This document shows, piece after piece, positions 23,802 to 33,980 of a stretch of DNA of 51,354 nt (position 1 is its first letter; each line of letters starts with the position of its first letter). The notes beneath the pieces are model-generated. The model was not told the origin of the DNA and made no database searches. It worked only from the letters and a program-made list of their open reading frames with translations. Made by a program: the position numbers and the translations under genes. The stretch is taken from IMG/VR virus record IMGVR_UViG_3300005611_000041; one strand, written 5' to 3'. The stretch comes from a virus.

Positions 23802-25555
23802 TACTGGTTACCACTCCCTGAAAGCCGAGTAGATGGGTTGAAGAAGTTACCCAACGCGCCCAACGTCGCAAGACCCGTACCCACACCCGCCTGCAACGCA
23901 GATGGATCTGGCGCAAATTGTGTCTGGAACTGCGTCTGACCCGCTGGGGCCATTTGCACGAATGGCATCAAGGCTTGGTACTGAGCCAGTGGCGCTTGCT
24001 GCGCCTGCAACAAACCAGCACGTTGCGCGTCAAGCTGTTGCTGTCGCTGCTGCTGAGTCATGCCGCCAATGCCCTGTAAGCTCGCCACGTCCTGCATACC
24101 GGCTTGCTGGGCCTGCTGGCCTAACCCAGTCAGGAAGCCGCCATAACCCGTCTGAGCGGCTCCTAGAGCCTGTCCGCCAGCCGCTTGCTGCGCTCCAATC
24201 TGACCGTACTGACCTGCAAGAGCGCCAGCTACGCCCATGCCCGTTTGACCAGCTTGTTGTCTAGCCGCTGCGCTTTGCTGACCGTAACCAGACAGTGCTT
24301 GGCCCAAACCTGTGCCAGCAGCAAACCGCTGCTGCGCCATCTGCCCTAGCTGACTGCCGAGCTGCTGCTGAGCACCAAGCTGCTGTTGAGCGGTTTGTTG
24401 AAGCAGGTTGCCATAACCCGTGCCAGCCGCAAGCTTGGCTTGTGCCGCTTGACCTAGCTGACCAGTCACATCACGACCTGCGCCATAGGCTTGACCGCGC
24501 AGCCCTGCCAAACCAGCCGATGCGGTTCGTGCAGCCTGTCGCCGCCTTTCGTCTTCGCTAATAGCCGTCTGCTGAGCCTGCTGAAAGCCGCGTGAGCGCA
24601 GTTCACCAACACTCTTTGCCAGACCCCTGCCAAGGGCTTCCGCCCTCTCTTCGGCGCTCAGACGCGCTCTGGAGCCAAATGCAGACTGGCCACCTCTTTG
24701 TATATCGCTGGCAATCGCACCGATGTCCTGCTTAGCAAGACCTTCGGTTGCGTCTTGGATCATCTGCTGTACGACCTGATCTTCGTAAGGATCTTGATAT
24801 CTCGCCGTAGCTTCAGCTACATCGAAATCACCAGCGGTTCCTCGCAATAGCTCTTCAGACTCGCCTAAGCCACTACGAAGGCGCTGCGCCTCCGTCATGC
24901 TCATGCCTACGGTGTCGGTAATGTCACGGCCAAACTCGTCGTAGGTTCTACGACCCTGCTGTCGAGCGCGAGCCAAGTCCATGCCAAATCTTTGCGTGTC
25001 ACGCACACCTCGACGAGCTAAATCGCCCAAGTCACCACGAAGCCGCTCTTCAGCCGATATAGCCCTGCCACGGCCCTCCTGAGTGCCTCTGAGCGCATCC
25101 ATGAGCGCACGGTCTCTTTGGTCAAGGGCAAACCGAGAACCTTCTCTGGTTGCCTCTAGCGCCCTCTGCGACGATAGAGCTTGTTCTTCCAAGCCCCGTT
25201 GAATTGATCCAATGCCCTGTTGCCCTCGGCGCATCGCCTCGTCAATGAATGGTTGCTGTACGCCGATGTTGGCTCTAGCCAACTCCATCGCCCTGATTTG
25301 ATCAGGGCTGAAGCCTGCGATCTCTTGAGGTATGACAATCGGGCGACCTTGGTCATCGAAGAAGGTGCGCTCCGCTGCACGAAACGCGCCGGGTATGAAA
25401 CCGCCCTGACCATCCAACCCAAACAGCAGTTGCTGAGTGATTGGATCGATGCGCGTCTCAGTCTTGGTTACACCTGCAACATAAGGCTGCGATGTACTGC
25501 CGCCCTCTTGGAACCGACGAACCCTAGCAAGCTGGCCGGGTGTCAATATGCTCAT
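23801..25555 (-). CDS. Q/A/G-rich internal virion-type protein (584 aa)
   Basis: Long low-complexity region (QQLGAQQQLGSQLGQMAQQRFAAGTG...). ATGA coupling to the upstream gene. Confidence 0.45.
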   Translation of the reverse strand: MSILTPGQLARVRRFQEGGSTSQPYVAGVTKTETRIDPITQQLLFGLDGQGGFIPGAFRAAERTFFDDQGRPIVIPQEIAGFSPDQIRAMELARANIGVQQPFIDEAMRRGQQGIGSIQRGLEEQALSSQRALEATREGSRFALDQRDRALMDALRGTQEGRGRAISAEERLRGDLGDLARRGVRDTQRFGMDLARARQQGRRTYDEFGRDITDTVGMSMTEAQRLRSGLGESEELLRGTAGDFDVAEATARYQDPYEDQVVQQMIQDATEGLAKQDIGAIASDIQRGGQSAFGSRARLSAEERAEALGRGLAKSVGELRSRGFQQAQQTAISEDERRRQAARTASAGLAGLRGQAYGAGRDVTGQLGQAAQAKLAAGTGYGNLLQQTAQQQLGAQQQLGSQLGQMAQQRFAAGTGLGQALSGYGQQSAAARQQAGQTGMGVAGALAGQYGQIGAQQAAGGQALGAAQTGYGGFLTGLGQQAQQAGMQDVASLQGIGGMTQQQRQQQLDAQRAGLLQAQQAPLAQYQALMPFVQMAPAGQTQFQTQFAPDPSALQAGVGTGLATLGALGNFFNPSTRLSGSGNQ

Positions 25556-27450
25556 GCCGCTGCCCTCTTTGATTTAGGCTTATCTGCAAACTCAGCGAAC
25601 AAATCCATCATCTCATACATCAAGGCTGTGCCGCCTTCTCTGCTTTCGCCGCCGTTTGGTGTCAGCGTGATGATACCGCCTTTACCCTTGGACAAGTCAA
25701 AAGCGCCAGCACCTCGTACTGCTTGTCCAGTCATGACGAACTCGCCGTCTGACAGCATGGCAGGCACATCGTCACTGGTTTCTGTGCCCTCGCCGTTGAT
25801 GCCACCGTTCATGCGCTCAAAGTCTTCTGTGGCTACGTTACCGCCCTTGGCGTAAGCCATTGGCATGACAGCGCCGCCATACCGTGCGGTCATCACTGGC
25901 TGCTGCGTTTCTTCGGCTCTTGGGGTTGGTCTACCACCACTTAGCGTGGGTATTGTTCCCGTTGGTAACAAACCGTACTCAACAGGGTTAGGTGCAGGTT
26001 GGCCCGTGCGCCGTGCAATCTCGGCTTCAATGTTGTATCGGCCAGTTGATCCCTCTTGAGTGAGCGGAGTCAAGGCTACGCCCTTTCTATTTTTGGCTTC
26101 GTCATAAGCCAGCTTGCCAAGCAAGCCAGCAGCGCCGATAGCGCCCAATGTTCCCAAGCCGCCTAATCCGCCTTGGCCACCAGTCATGCCGCTAAGAAAG
26201 CTCCCCAGCCCTGATCCTTGTCGCACTGGGTCTGACGGCCTGCCTTTCAAAAAGTCCTCGATCATCCCGATCCGGCTTTGACCGGGTGTTCCGCCGCCCA
26301 AGAAATTGCTCAATCTTGAATAGGCAGTTTGATTCCCAGACAGAGAGGCAATACCGCCCTGTGGGTTTAAGAAGCTGGCGGATGGAACTCCTAGTTCTTT
26401 TAAGATATCTCCCGCCGAGGAACCTTGTAAGGTCATTTGCTCAATCGTTGCCGCAACATCAGGTGACGATTGCAATCTCAGTTGTCCGAGAATGTCCTCA
26501 TCACTCAACTTGGCTTGGCCGCTTATTGTGGCGCTCTTAAATAAACCCGGTATGCCGCCACCCGGCGCTGAGCCGGTGAAAGTGCCGATAGGGTTTTTGA
26601 TTAAGCTACCAATACCACTGGATATGCCAGAACCAGCGCCAGCCAACCCTTTGCCCAAACCACTAATAAAACTGCCAGATCCTGCCTTTGTAATGTCACC
26701 GATGTTTTTGGTCAGACCACCACCAGTCGCCAGCGGCCCTGCCACAGTCAACAGGTTAAGCGGGTTGGCCCTGCCTTTGGCTACGTCATAAACCGTGAAT
26801 GCCTTGTTTGCCAGTGCAGCAATCGGTTGCCAAGGGCCGGGTATAAACTGTGCAATCTTTGCAACCGGCTTAACGACTTTTTTGACAACCTTTTTTACAC
26901 CCTTCGCAAGCTTTTTGAAAAAGCCAAACTCTTCCAATCCAGTAATCGGGTTCAAGCTTGCGATACCCAAACCAACAACGTGTGCTTCAGGGTCAAGGTC
27001 TAGCTCGTTGAAACGGTTTTCGACCATCGCTTCAAACTGCGCGTCTTCAAACATTTCAGGTGGCAAAACCACCTCGCCGGGCCGTAAATGCGCAAGCGCC
27101 GTGTCTTCACCTCGGCCTTGAGCTGCAATCTCAAACGCTTGAGCAGACATAGGCGCTTCGGTAGATAGTGCTGCGGCTTCAGCCATGTGCTCAATCTGAG
27201 CACGTTCTGAGGGGTCTTGCGTGGCATCACGCTCCATCATGAGCGCGTTGATGTATTCCTCAAGCGATGCGTTTGGGTCTTCCTCTGCACCCTCCATCAC
27301 GCCCTGCTCTGCCTGCATCTGCATCATCTGCATTTCGGTGGTGGTCGCGTCAGGTGCGTCTACATCACCGCCCTCTGCGTATTGCTCAACACCCATTGGC
27401 ATATCGCCGCCAATCAGGTTTTGAATTCGACTCTGTAGCATTGCATCCAT
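25552..27450 (-). CDS. Gly-rich internal virion / tail-associated protein (632 aa)
   Basis: The motif SDDVPAMLSDGEFVMTGQAVRGAG recurs in phage virion proteins (memory). AKGG motifs are also present. Confidence 0.45.
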   Translation of the reverse strand: MDAMLQSRIQNLIGGDMPMGVEQYAEGGDVDAPDATTTEMQMMQMQAEQGVMEGAEEDPNASLEEYINALMMERDATQDPSERAQIEHMAEAAALSTEAPMSAQAFEIAAQGRGEDTALAHLRPGEVVLPPEMFEDAQFEAMVENRFNELDLDPEAHVVGLGIASLNPITGLEEFGFFKKLAKGVKKVVKKVVKPVAKIAQFIPGPWQPIAALANKAFTVYDVAKGRANPLNLLTVAGPLATGGGLTKNIGDITKAGSGSFISGLGKGLAGAGSGISSGIGSLIKNPIGTFTGSAPGGGIPGLFKSATISGQAKLSDEDILGQLRLQSSPDVAATIEQMTLQGSSAGDILKELGVPSASFLNPQGGIASLSGNQTAYSRLSNFLGGGTPGQSRIGMIEDFLKGRPSDPVRQGSGLGSFLSGMTGGQGGLGGLGTLGAIGAAGLLGKLAYDEAKNRKGVALTPLTQEGSTGRYNIEAEIARRTGQPAPNPVEYGLLPTGTIPTLSGGRPTPRAEETQQPVMTARYGGAVMPMAYAKGGNVATEDFERMNGGINGEGTETSDDVPAMLSDGEFVMTGQAVRGAGAFDLSKGKGGIITLTPNGGESREGGTALMYEMMDLFAEFADKPKSKRAAA

Positions 27451-27761
27451 TACGGTGTACTCACAGTGACAGCCCCAACGCCAGCGGTGATCGCTAGTCC
27501 CGTTGGATAAGTTTGATGGCTATACAGATCTCGAAAAGCAGTGCCGTCAAACGCTTGGTGTATTTGGTTAGTAGTATTGAAGATTATACTACCTGTTGCA
27601 AACTGAAGCTGACTGATTTCAGTCGCGTTAAAGTGTGGGGATATCGTGAAATCAACCGAGCCAAGGTTCAATTCTAAGATGCGAATCAGTCGGTTAAAGG
27701 TGTCAGAACTGACAGAATCGCCTTGAGAAAACGGCAACCTTGTCTCAAGCAGCTTGCTCAT
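27450..27761 (-). CDS. Small structural protein (103 aa) ending in one fibre repeat unit (PTGLAITAGVGAVTVSTP)
   Basis: ORF track. The C-terminus is ~79% identical at DNA level to a unit of 1591..2307 (aligned by hand). Confidence 0.55.
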   Translation of the reverse strand: MSKLLETRLPFSQGDSVSSDTFNRLIRILELNLGSVDFTISPHFNATEISQLQFATGSIIFNTTNQIHQAFDGTAFRDLYSHQTYPTGLAITAGVGAVTVSTP

Positions 27762-29656
27762 CCGCGCCTACCGCTGGGCTGGATTTCAATACGAGTCGAT
27801 CCAAGCCGCCACTTGTAGCCCTTCTGGTCAGCAGCCGCGTTGTCATCATCACTCTCAAACCGAAAAGCAACTTGCCGTGCCCTTGTACGCACATTGCCAA
27901 ACGTGCTGGTTGGCGTGACCTGCGTAGTGGAGTCGGTTGTCAGGCTTTGACCGGGGTAGTCTCTACCCTTCAGCACAATGTTCATTGCAGGATTGACGCT
28001 TATACCCGTCTCAGTGACGAACTTCATGTCGGGGATGATCTGCTTAACAAAGGTGAACGAGTCGCCAGAGCCAATATCTAAATCGGCGCTTTCAATGAAA
28101 ACGCCAGTCATCGCATCCTCGTAATCATCAAAACCAGTTTCGTGCTCAAAAACACATTGCTGAGAGCTGCTCGTTGCGGTGGCATACGGTAGATCTTCTA
28201 TGCCTGCGTCAAGCCATGCGTAACGAATCAAGCTGCCTACAGACCAATGGTTTTCCTCGTAGTTGTAAATGACGTATCGGCTGATCTCGCCAGTGCCGTC
28301 TTCAATGCTTGGGTAGAAGAACCATATCTCGCTAAACTCGGTATTAACGCCCATATGACACTTGAAGGCTTGGCCTAAATCTAGGTCTTCAAAGACATAT
28401 TCCTGAACCGTGCAGGGCAGGCGCTTCACCGATCCGCTGTAGAAATAGAAGCCAGTTTTACTGGCATAAAACACGCCGTTTGGCGCGTTTACCGCAGATT
28501 TTGGCGATAGCAGGCCAGACCCTTCGTTGATCAGGTTGATCGCAAACGTCAGCGGTGGCCCGATAAAATTCATGCTGTAGAGGCTGGTGTCAGTGAAAAT
28601 CAAGATCTCTTGTCGAGACTTGATACCGCCAACAATGAAAGAGCCAGAAGATAGGCGTAAAGAGCCAGCCGTGTTGGTCGCTGTTGGCTCAAAGTCCAGC
28701 TCGTTCTCTTGATCTGAGAAAGCCACTAACATCGGGTCAATGACCCCAGTCCTGCTGCTGCCTGATATCGGATCTGCACCCAGCACCACCAGATGCCTAT
28801 CTGTCTCTGAGGTAATGACCTGAAGCGCAACGGTAGGCACAAGGTTCGCGCCACTGATACCAGAAAGCTCTAACGCTCTGACGCTTGTACCGTTGTTTTC
28901 AACCCAGCGATAAATGCCTGCGCCGCGAGGGTTGATGATCAGGTTCTCGCCGTAGTTGTCGTGCGTCCACAGTCTGAGTTGGTTTACCGCACTGATTGAA
29001 GATGCAGAACCAAACCCACCAGAACCCCAAGTGCCTACGCCCCAGCCAGACGATTTTACGAAAGTGTCTAGCCCTACATTGATCTGGTAAGTGCCTACTA
29101 CGCTTGAACCGCCGTTGCCGCTGTCCGATGCGTTAGCTGTGACTGTCGCGCCAGACGTATCTTTGGCGGTTATCTCGTAGGTGTCTGTGCCAGTAACCAG
29201 TGATATCTGGTATTCCTGATTCAAAACATCTGCCGTCACGTTACCGCCAAGGCTGACAGCTCCGCTAAACGTCACGAAGTCGTTGGTCACCGCGCCGTGA
29301 GAAGTATCGGTAATCGTAATGGTTGACGAGCCGTCCGTTGCGGCAAACGTGACATCACCAGCGGCGGTGGTTGCCCTGATCGGGGTAATATCGTAGTAGG
29401 TGTTACCTTCCTCGATGTAATACTTGAAGGTTGAACCAACGCCGAGGTAGCGCACACCGCCAAGGCTGATCCAAGAATGAAGTGCTCGGCCTGTGCCAAG
29501 GTAATAATTTGAGCCGAGCTTTTGCCAGCCGCCTACTTTTTCGACACGACCCTTTCTGAATCTAACGAGGTTACCGTCTACCCATCCGCCTTTAGCCGAG
29601 TAGTCGGTGCCCTCCTTGTCGATGCCCGGTTGAAACTCTAGTGTTTGTAGCGGCAT
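27758..29656 (-). CDS. Tail tube/nozzle-like protein (632 aa)
   Basis: N-terminus LEFQPGIDKEGTDYSAKGGWVDGNLVRFRKGRVEKVGGW resembles podovirus tail tubular B-type proteins (memory). Has an internal GWGVGTWGSGGFG motif. Confidence 0.5.
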   Translation of the reverse strand: MPLQTLEFQPGIDKEGTDYSAKGGWVDGNLVRFRKGRVEKVGGWQKLGSNYYLGTGRALHSWISLGGVRYLGVGSTFKYYIEEGNTYYDITPIRATTAAGDVTFAATDGSSTITITDTSHGAVTNDFVTFSGAVSLGGNVTADVLNQEYQISLVTGTDTYEITAKDTSGATVTANASDSGNGGSSVVGTYQINVGLDTFVKSSGWGVGTWGSGGFGSASSISAVNQLRLWTHDNYGENLIINPRGAGIYRWVENNGTSVRALELSGISGANLVPTVALQVITSETDRHLVVLGADPISGSSRTGVIDPMLVAFSDQENELDFEPTATNTAGSLRLSSGSFIVGGIKSRQEILIFTDTSLYSMNFIGPPLTFAINLINEGSGLLSPKSAVNAPNGVFYASKTGFYFYSGSVKRLPCTVQEYVFEDLDLGQAFKCHMGVNTEFSEIWFFYPSIEDGTGEISRYVIYNYEENHWSVGSLIRYAWLDAGIEDLPYATATSSSQQCVFEHETGFDDYEDAMTGVFIESADLDIGSGDSFTFVKQIIPDMKFVTETGISVNPAMNIVLKGRDYPGQSLTTDSTTQVTPTSTFGNVRTRARQVAFRFESDDDNAAADQKGYKWRLGSTRIEIQPSGRRG

Positions 29657-29662
29657 GAGCCA

Positions 29663-30091
29663 TTACGCCAGCCGAATGATCGCGCCGGTAGCCGTAGGGC
29701 TAGGGAAGACGATGGTGAAATCACCCGCCGTACTGGTTTTATCACCACCAAAGTCTATAACCGCAACGGCCTTGTCGGACTGATCGTCGTTGTAAATCAT
29801 GCACCCTCGCGCAGTGATGGTAGCCGTGCCGAAGGTTAGATCAGCAAAGTCACAAACCGCAGTCGTGCCAGAAGTGGTTGGAGTTACGGAGGTAACCGTC
29901 GCGCCACCCGAAGTGTAGTTGGTGCCGCTCGCTTGCCCCGTGGTCGTAAATGCCGTCGTAGCAGCACCCAAGGTTGCGCTTGACGTGTAGAGCGCAAGCT
30001 TGAAAGCATCGCCGGTAGATGCTGTGAAGTTGTGAGTTCCAACCAAAAGCTCTTGCTTGAAGCTAGTAGGGATTGCAGAGGTGATGGCCAT
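29663..30091 (-). CDS. Ser/Thr-rich small structural protein (142 aa)
   Basis: ORF track. FKLALYTSSA...NYTSGG...ARGCMIYNDD...AVIDFGGD pattern seen near the tail genes of other phages (memory). Confidence 0.5.
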   Translation of the reverse strand: MAITSAIPTSFKQELLVGTHNFTASTGDAFKLALYTSSATLGAATTAFTTTGQASGTNYTSGGATVTSVTPTTSGTTAVCDFADLTFGTATITARGCMIYNDDQSDKAVAVIDFGGDKTSTAGDFTIVFPSPTATGAIIRLA

Positions 30092-30092
30092 A

Positions 30093-30377
30093 TCAAAGCT
30101 CCTTGATTATCTTTGCCATGTCTTCATGCCCCTGAGAAGCAAGCAAACCGCGAATGGTTACCCTGTCAGAAGCAATAGCGTTCTTCATTCCTGCCAAGAT
30201 TATCGCATAAATATGGTTGCGGAAAGCCTCAGCCTGCAATCGAATGTGCGGCTCAGCTTCTGCTGATATACCTAAAATCTTCTTAGTTGTCTCCGTTGCC
30301 CAAAACTCAACGTCATGGCCACGGTTTTCGGTCGTTGAAACCATGACCTGACCCAGCTCTACTCTACCTTGCGACAT
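30093..30377 (-). CDS. Hypothetical protein (94 aa)
   Basis: ORF track. Tightly packed within the tail operon. Confidence 0.5.
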   Translation of the reverse strand: MSQGRVELGQVMVSTTENRGHDVEFWATETTKKILGISAEAEPHIRLQAEAFRNHIYAIILAGMKNAIASDRVTIRGLLASQGHEDMAKIIKEL

Positions 30378-30379
30378 GA

Positions 30380-31102
30380 CTACCCCTTATACGGTTCAGG
30401 TGAAGACGGCAGCTCCACCGTCTCTAACTTGTGCTTTTTGACCATCTGTGCCAGCTCTGAGCGGTTGCAGACCACCCACTCTCCCTCTGGATTTGGCATC
30501 GCTATCTTCGGGTTTGGTAGTCGGTGATAGCCGTAGAGCCTTTCCTCTATCGGCACGTTCTGATCGAGCAAAGACGATCTGGGGCTAACGCCAACCTTGA
30601 TCCCGATGGCGATCATTTTGCAAATCCAAAACTCAAGGCAAGCTCTGCCAGCCTCTGCGAAGTGCAGGTTGTTTTTGTAACTGAAATCCATGCCAAACAG
30701 ATCGACCTCGCCCACCTTGTTCCACGCTGCAAACGCCAAGGCATAAGAAACCGTCGTGTTCATGTAAGCGCAGCGTTGGTCTTTGATGACCTCTTCAAGC
30801 GGATATTCAACCAGCGCAGGTACGCGCTCATCTAGCTCACAGGTGTATATCGGCTTATCAAACGTAGGCAGGAGCTTTCGCATCACTTCGGTTTGGTTGC
30901 CTGCATCATCGGTATCTAAAAATCGACTAGCGGGGTCAAGCATAAAAACACGATCACAGTCGAAAACCGACAGGGCAGAGTTAATCACCCAAACCTCGTC
31001 CCATTCGACGCTATTCTCTTTACCGATAACATAGTCGATCTGAGAGGCTCCCAGACCGATGATCGCTACTTTCTTGCCTTCAAGCCCTTTGATTGGTTCC
31101 AA
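30380..31102 (-). CDS. Rossmann-like enzyme (240 aa), possibly a DUF115/MAF-type or sialyltransferase-like transferase
   Basis: KKVAIIGLGASQ glycine loop, then EVWVINSALSVFDCDRVFMLDP and LFGMDFSY. The family assignment is from memory only. Confidence 0.35.
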   Translation of the reverse strand: MEPIKGLEGKKVAIIGLGASQIDYVIGKENSVEWDEVWVINSALSVFDCDRVFMLDPASRFLDTDDAGNQTEVMRKLLPTFDKPIYTCELDERVPALVEYPLEEVIKDQRCAYMNTTVSYALAFAAWNKVGEVDLFGMDFSYKNNLHFAEAGRACLEFWICKMIAIGIKVGVSPRSSLLDQNVPIEERLYGYHRLPNPKIAMPNPEGEWVVCNRSELAQMVKKHKLETVELPSSPEPYKG

Positions 31103-31753
31103 TTAGGTTACCCCTGTACGCAATAAGTCATATCGATACTCGTCTCTGGTTCCACGGCCTTCACTCAGATTCTTCATCCGAGCGACACCTTCCTTGAACC
31201 GAGCCTCGAAGTTGGCTATCACGTCAGGAGCTTCTTTTAGGAACACAGCAGCCTCTACCAAGGTGCCGTAAAGCAGGGGATCAGGGTGATCCGTTGACAG
31301 AATTGTCGTGCCTGAATCACTGCCAACCGTCAAAGACGCTGGCTTGAACAGATAATGCAACTCCGCCGTATAACCAGAATCTGGCACAGGCGACAGCTCA
31401 AAAGCTGTTTCGTCAAACAGGGAATAATACTTCGGTCTTCCAGTCGTTGTGGTGGTGGGGCTGAATTCCTTGATGAATGACGGGTGCTTGAAGTCCAGAT
31501 AGTGGTACTTGTTGTCGCTGTCAATAATCGCCAATGAGAATGGAGCAAAGAAGTCGCTTGGCGTAGCCAAGAAACGGTTGCTCGCGGTCAACGTACCCTG
31601 CACATTTTTTCTTTGCTCTGGAAGCTGAACCAGCTTGAATATGCGGCTCTCGGCTTCCTTGATAAACGTATTCAGGTTGTTGTTGAACGTAGTCTCATTG
31701 ACCTGCAAGTAATCTTGCACAGTCGATTTTAGTGTTGCCAGTGTGAAGCTCAT
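31103..31753 (-). CDS. Head-tail connector/adaptor-type protein (216 aa)
   Basis: The pattern GRPKYYSLFDETAFELSPVPDSGYTAELHYLF and the gene position suggest this. It is weakly parallel to 32073..32768. Confidence 0.4.
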   Translation of the reverse strand: MSFTLATLKSTVQDYLQVNETTFNNNLNTFIKEAESRIFKLVQLPEQRKNVQGTLTASNRFLATPSDFFAPFSLAIIDSDNKYHYLDFKHPSFIKEFSPTTTTTGRPKYYSLFDETAFELSPVPDSGYTAELHYLFKPASLTVGSDSGTTILSTDHPDPLLYGTLVEAAVFLKEAPDVIANFEARFKEGVARMKNLSEGRGTRDEYRYDLLRTGVT

Positions 31754-32073
31754 GACGTTGTTACCTCCACAGTGCCAACACTAACAGTAAGTCCAAAAGT
31801 TTGCAAAGTTGTGCCCAATTTACCATCTCCCACGTTGGTGTAGACAGTAAAGAAATTGTTGTCGTTGCCATCGGCTGCTTGATCAGGCCGCGTGACCTGC
31901 AAAGCCTGTGGATCTATGGGCGTTGGCCGTGGCATAAGCTGCGGGTGCTTTGGCGACCACTGGTCTGGGCCAACCAGCAAGCCGTCCCAAGTCATTTTCA
32001 TGTCGCGCAGGCGGTAGCGAAAACCCGTGATGTCACAGATGCCATAAGCGCGTTTGTTGGATGCAAAAGCCAT
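31750..32073 (-). CDS. Small structural protein (107 aa) ending in a fibre-like unit (FGLTVSVGTVEVTTS)
   Basis: ORF track with overlapping start and stop codons. Confidence 0.5.
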   Translation of the reverse strand: MAFASNKRAYGICDITGFRYRLRDMKMTWDGLLVGPDQWSPKHPQLMPRPTPIDPQALQVTRPDQAADGNDNNFFTVYTNVGDGKLGTTLQTFGLTVSVGTVEVTTS

Positions 32074-32768
32074 TAGCCTAAATTGTATCCGCGCAAATCA
32101 GGTGCGACTCTGAACGACACCCGGTCTTGGTCTTGGCTCAAGGCTCGCTCAAACTCTTCTTCATAAAGCTGTTTGAGCATGGAAACTTTCTCTGGCACTC
32201 GCTTCAAAGCGATGTAATACGCCAGCCCTGCGGCCAAGCACGGGTAAAACCGAAACGGTATTTCCAGAGTGTTTGCGCCAGCATCTGCATCATCTATGCG
32301 GCTCAGCACGTTTAGATACAAACTGTATTTTGAGTTTTGGTCTGGCGCAGGCCAAACCGTGATGGTTGGGCTGATCTGCTTGTCGATTAGGTATTGATTC
32401 GGTTTGCCAGTGCTTGTCTTGGTGGACAGGTTGGCGTACTCCGAGCGCGACATGCGAGTGAGCGGTACGTCTGTTGATACACCGCCCAAGGTCTCACGGA
32501 TAAACACGTCCAGCACGTCAATCGTTGCCGTGGGGTTGGTTGCATCAATCGTATAGGAGGTGGTGTCTTTAACCATAGCCAAGACTTTTTGGTTAATCGT
32601 CCACTGGTTCAAACCACGGTTTGCCCACTCTGCAAGCATCAGGTTCAGAGAGCGATTAGCCGTCTTGAGGTCATAGCCCGTGCGAAGCTCTAAGCCACAA
32701 CGCTCAAACGCTTCTTCAACGTAGTCGGCTACGTCTAACTCAAAGTCCTTACTTCCGCTTACGGCCAT
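32073..32768 (-). CDS. Adaptor / tail tubular A-like protein (231 aa)
   Basis: YVEEAFERCG...RSLNLMLAEWANRGLNQW...GKPNQYLIDKQISPTITVWPAPD...LAAGLAYYIA pattern (memory). Confidence 0.45.
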   Translation of the reverse strand: MAVSGSKDFELDVADYVEEAFERCGLELRTGYDLKTANRSLNLMLAEWANRGLNQWTINQKVLAMVKDTTSYTIDATNPTATIDVLDVFIRETLGGVSTDVPLTRMSRSEYANLSTKTSTGKPNQYLIDKQISPTITVWPAPDQNSKYSLYLNVLSRIDDADAGANTLEIPFRFYPCLAAGLAYYIALKRVPEKVSMLKQLYEEEFERALSQDQDRVSFRVAPDLRGYNLG

Positions 32769-33447
32769 CTTTTTTACCTGCGTATAGGTTGTCGAAAACC
32801 TGATTTACGTCAAGAGTGTAGTCTAAATCGCTTTTGCTGTAATGGATATGCTGGCTTGGTCTGAAGTCTGGAGCGCCGTCGCCCGTCTCGAACCACGCTG
32901 GGTGTGTCACCCTTACACGGTTATTCGGCAAAGCCACAATGTTTCCAGTCCACTTGCCAGCATCTAAAAGCTCCATGACATGGCTCTGCTTGTGCTGCGC
33001 TGGATCATCCGCTATCTCATTCTCGGTGTAATCAACGGTGAAATAATACTTTGCTGGGTAGAACTCGCCATCAATCTTGGCAAGCCAAGGACACGGTGTT
33101 GCGCGATCTAAGACATAAACAGAGTGATTGTGAGAAGAACAGTCCCAAGGCTGCGCGGCCCAAACCGGCATTGGTTCAGGCCAATCTTCCAAGGGCGTAT
33201 CGGCAACCAGCGCCGTAATGGGCATCCTCGCCCACATAGCGCCGCCATGTACGTTTGGTTCTTCGTCATCGTCGTAAGTCTCAGCGCCCGTAAAAATGAC
33301 CTGAAAGCTCAAGCACCTTGTCGGCATAGTGGTCACAGCGATAACCATAGCGTGTAAAAACTCGCCGTGGTATCGCTCATGGTTGACCGTGTACTCTCTT
33401 CTAACCCACGCCTTGAAGTGTGGGATATTGCTTTGAAGATAAGCCAC
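32749..33447 (-). CDS. Hypothetical W/H/C-rich protein (232 aa)
   Basis: ORF track. I recognised no motif. Confidence 0.5.
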   Translation of the reverse strand: MAYLQSNIPHFKAWVRREYTVNHERYHGEFLHAMVIAVTTMPTRCLSFQVIFTGAETYDDDEEPNVHGGAMWARMPITALVADTPLEDWPEPMPVWAAQPWDCSSHNHSVYVLDRATPCPWLAKIDGEFYPAKYYFTVDYTENEIADDPAQHKQSHVMELLDAGKWTGNIVALPNNRVRVTHPAWFETGDGAPDFRPSQHIHYSKSDLDYTLDVNQVFDNLYAGKKDGRKRK

Positions 33448-33980
33448 TATTTACGGCCATACAAACCACTGTTCTTGCTAGAAGGCTTTCTCATACCGCC
33501 ATTTGCAGCTCCACCCTTAGCCATACCTTTGGCTTTCATGGCGCCGCCTTTCGCGTAGCCCTTGGTCTTCATAGCGCCGCCTTTAGCCATACCTTTGGCT
33601 TTCATGGCTGACCCGCCTTTTTTCATGCCGCCGGGCATCTTCATCTTTCTCTTGCCGCCCATAGCGCCGCCCTTCGTACCCATTTTGCTTCTCATGATCT
33701 CGCCTCCGTCTTTAGCGAAAGTTGCGACATTGGTAGGCTTGCCACCAACACCCTGTTTTTTTGACCGCTTGCGGCTAACCGCTGAAGCAATCTGCTTCTT
33801 GCTCATGTTTGCAGCTTTATCTGCGGGTACGCATTTCGGGTAACCGCGATCAGAATCGCTGGCGCTACTGCGACCACACTTTTCAAAGCCACCGCCTTCT
33901 TTGGGCGCTGAGATGTCAACCCAGTTGCCACCCTTGCCCTTGCCAAACCACTTCTTCAGACCGCCTCTGGGCTTAGCCAC
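33447..33980 (-). CDS. Basic K/G/M-rich protein (~177 aa; GTG at 33980 or ATG at 34031)
   Basis: GLKKWFGKGKGGNWVDIS...CGR...YPKCVP motif, then tandem MKAKGMAKGGA units. Confidence 0.55.
   Translation of the reverse strand: MAKPRGGLKKWFGKGKGGNWVDISAPKEGGGFEKCGRSSASDSDRGYPKCVPADKAANMSKKQIASAVSRKRSKKQGVGGKPTNVATFAKDGGEIMRSKMGTKGGAMGGKRKMKMPGGMKKGGSAMKAKGMAKGGAMKTKGYAKGGAMKAKGMAKGGAANGGMRKPSSKNSGLYGRK
33507..33605 (-). repeat. Three tandem 33-bp coding repeats (MKAKGMAKGGA / MKTKGYAKGGA / MKAKGMAKGGA)
   Basis: Read in both the DNA and the translation. Confidence 0.8.
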
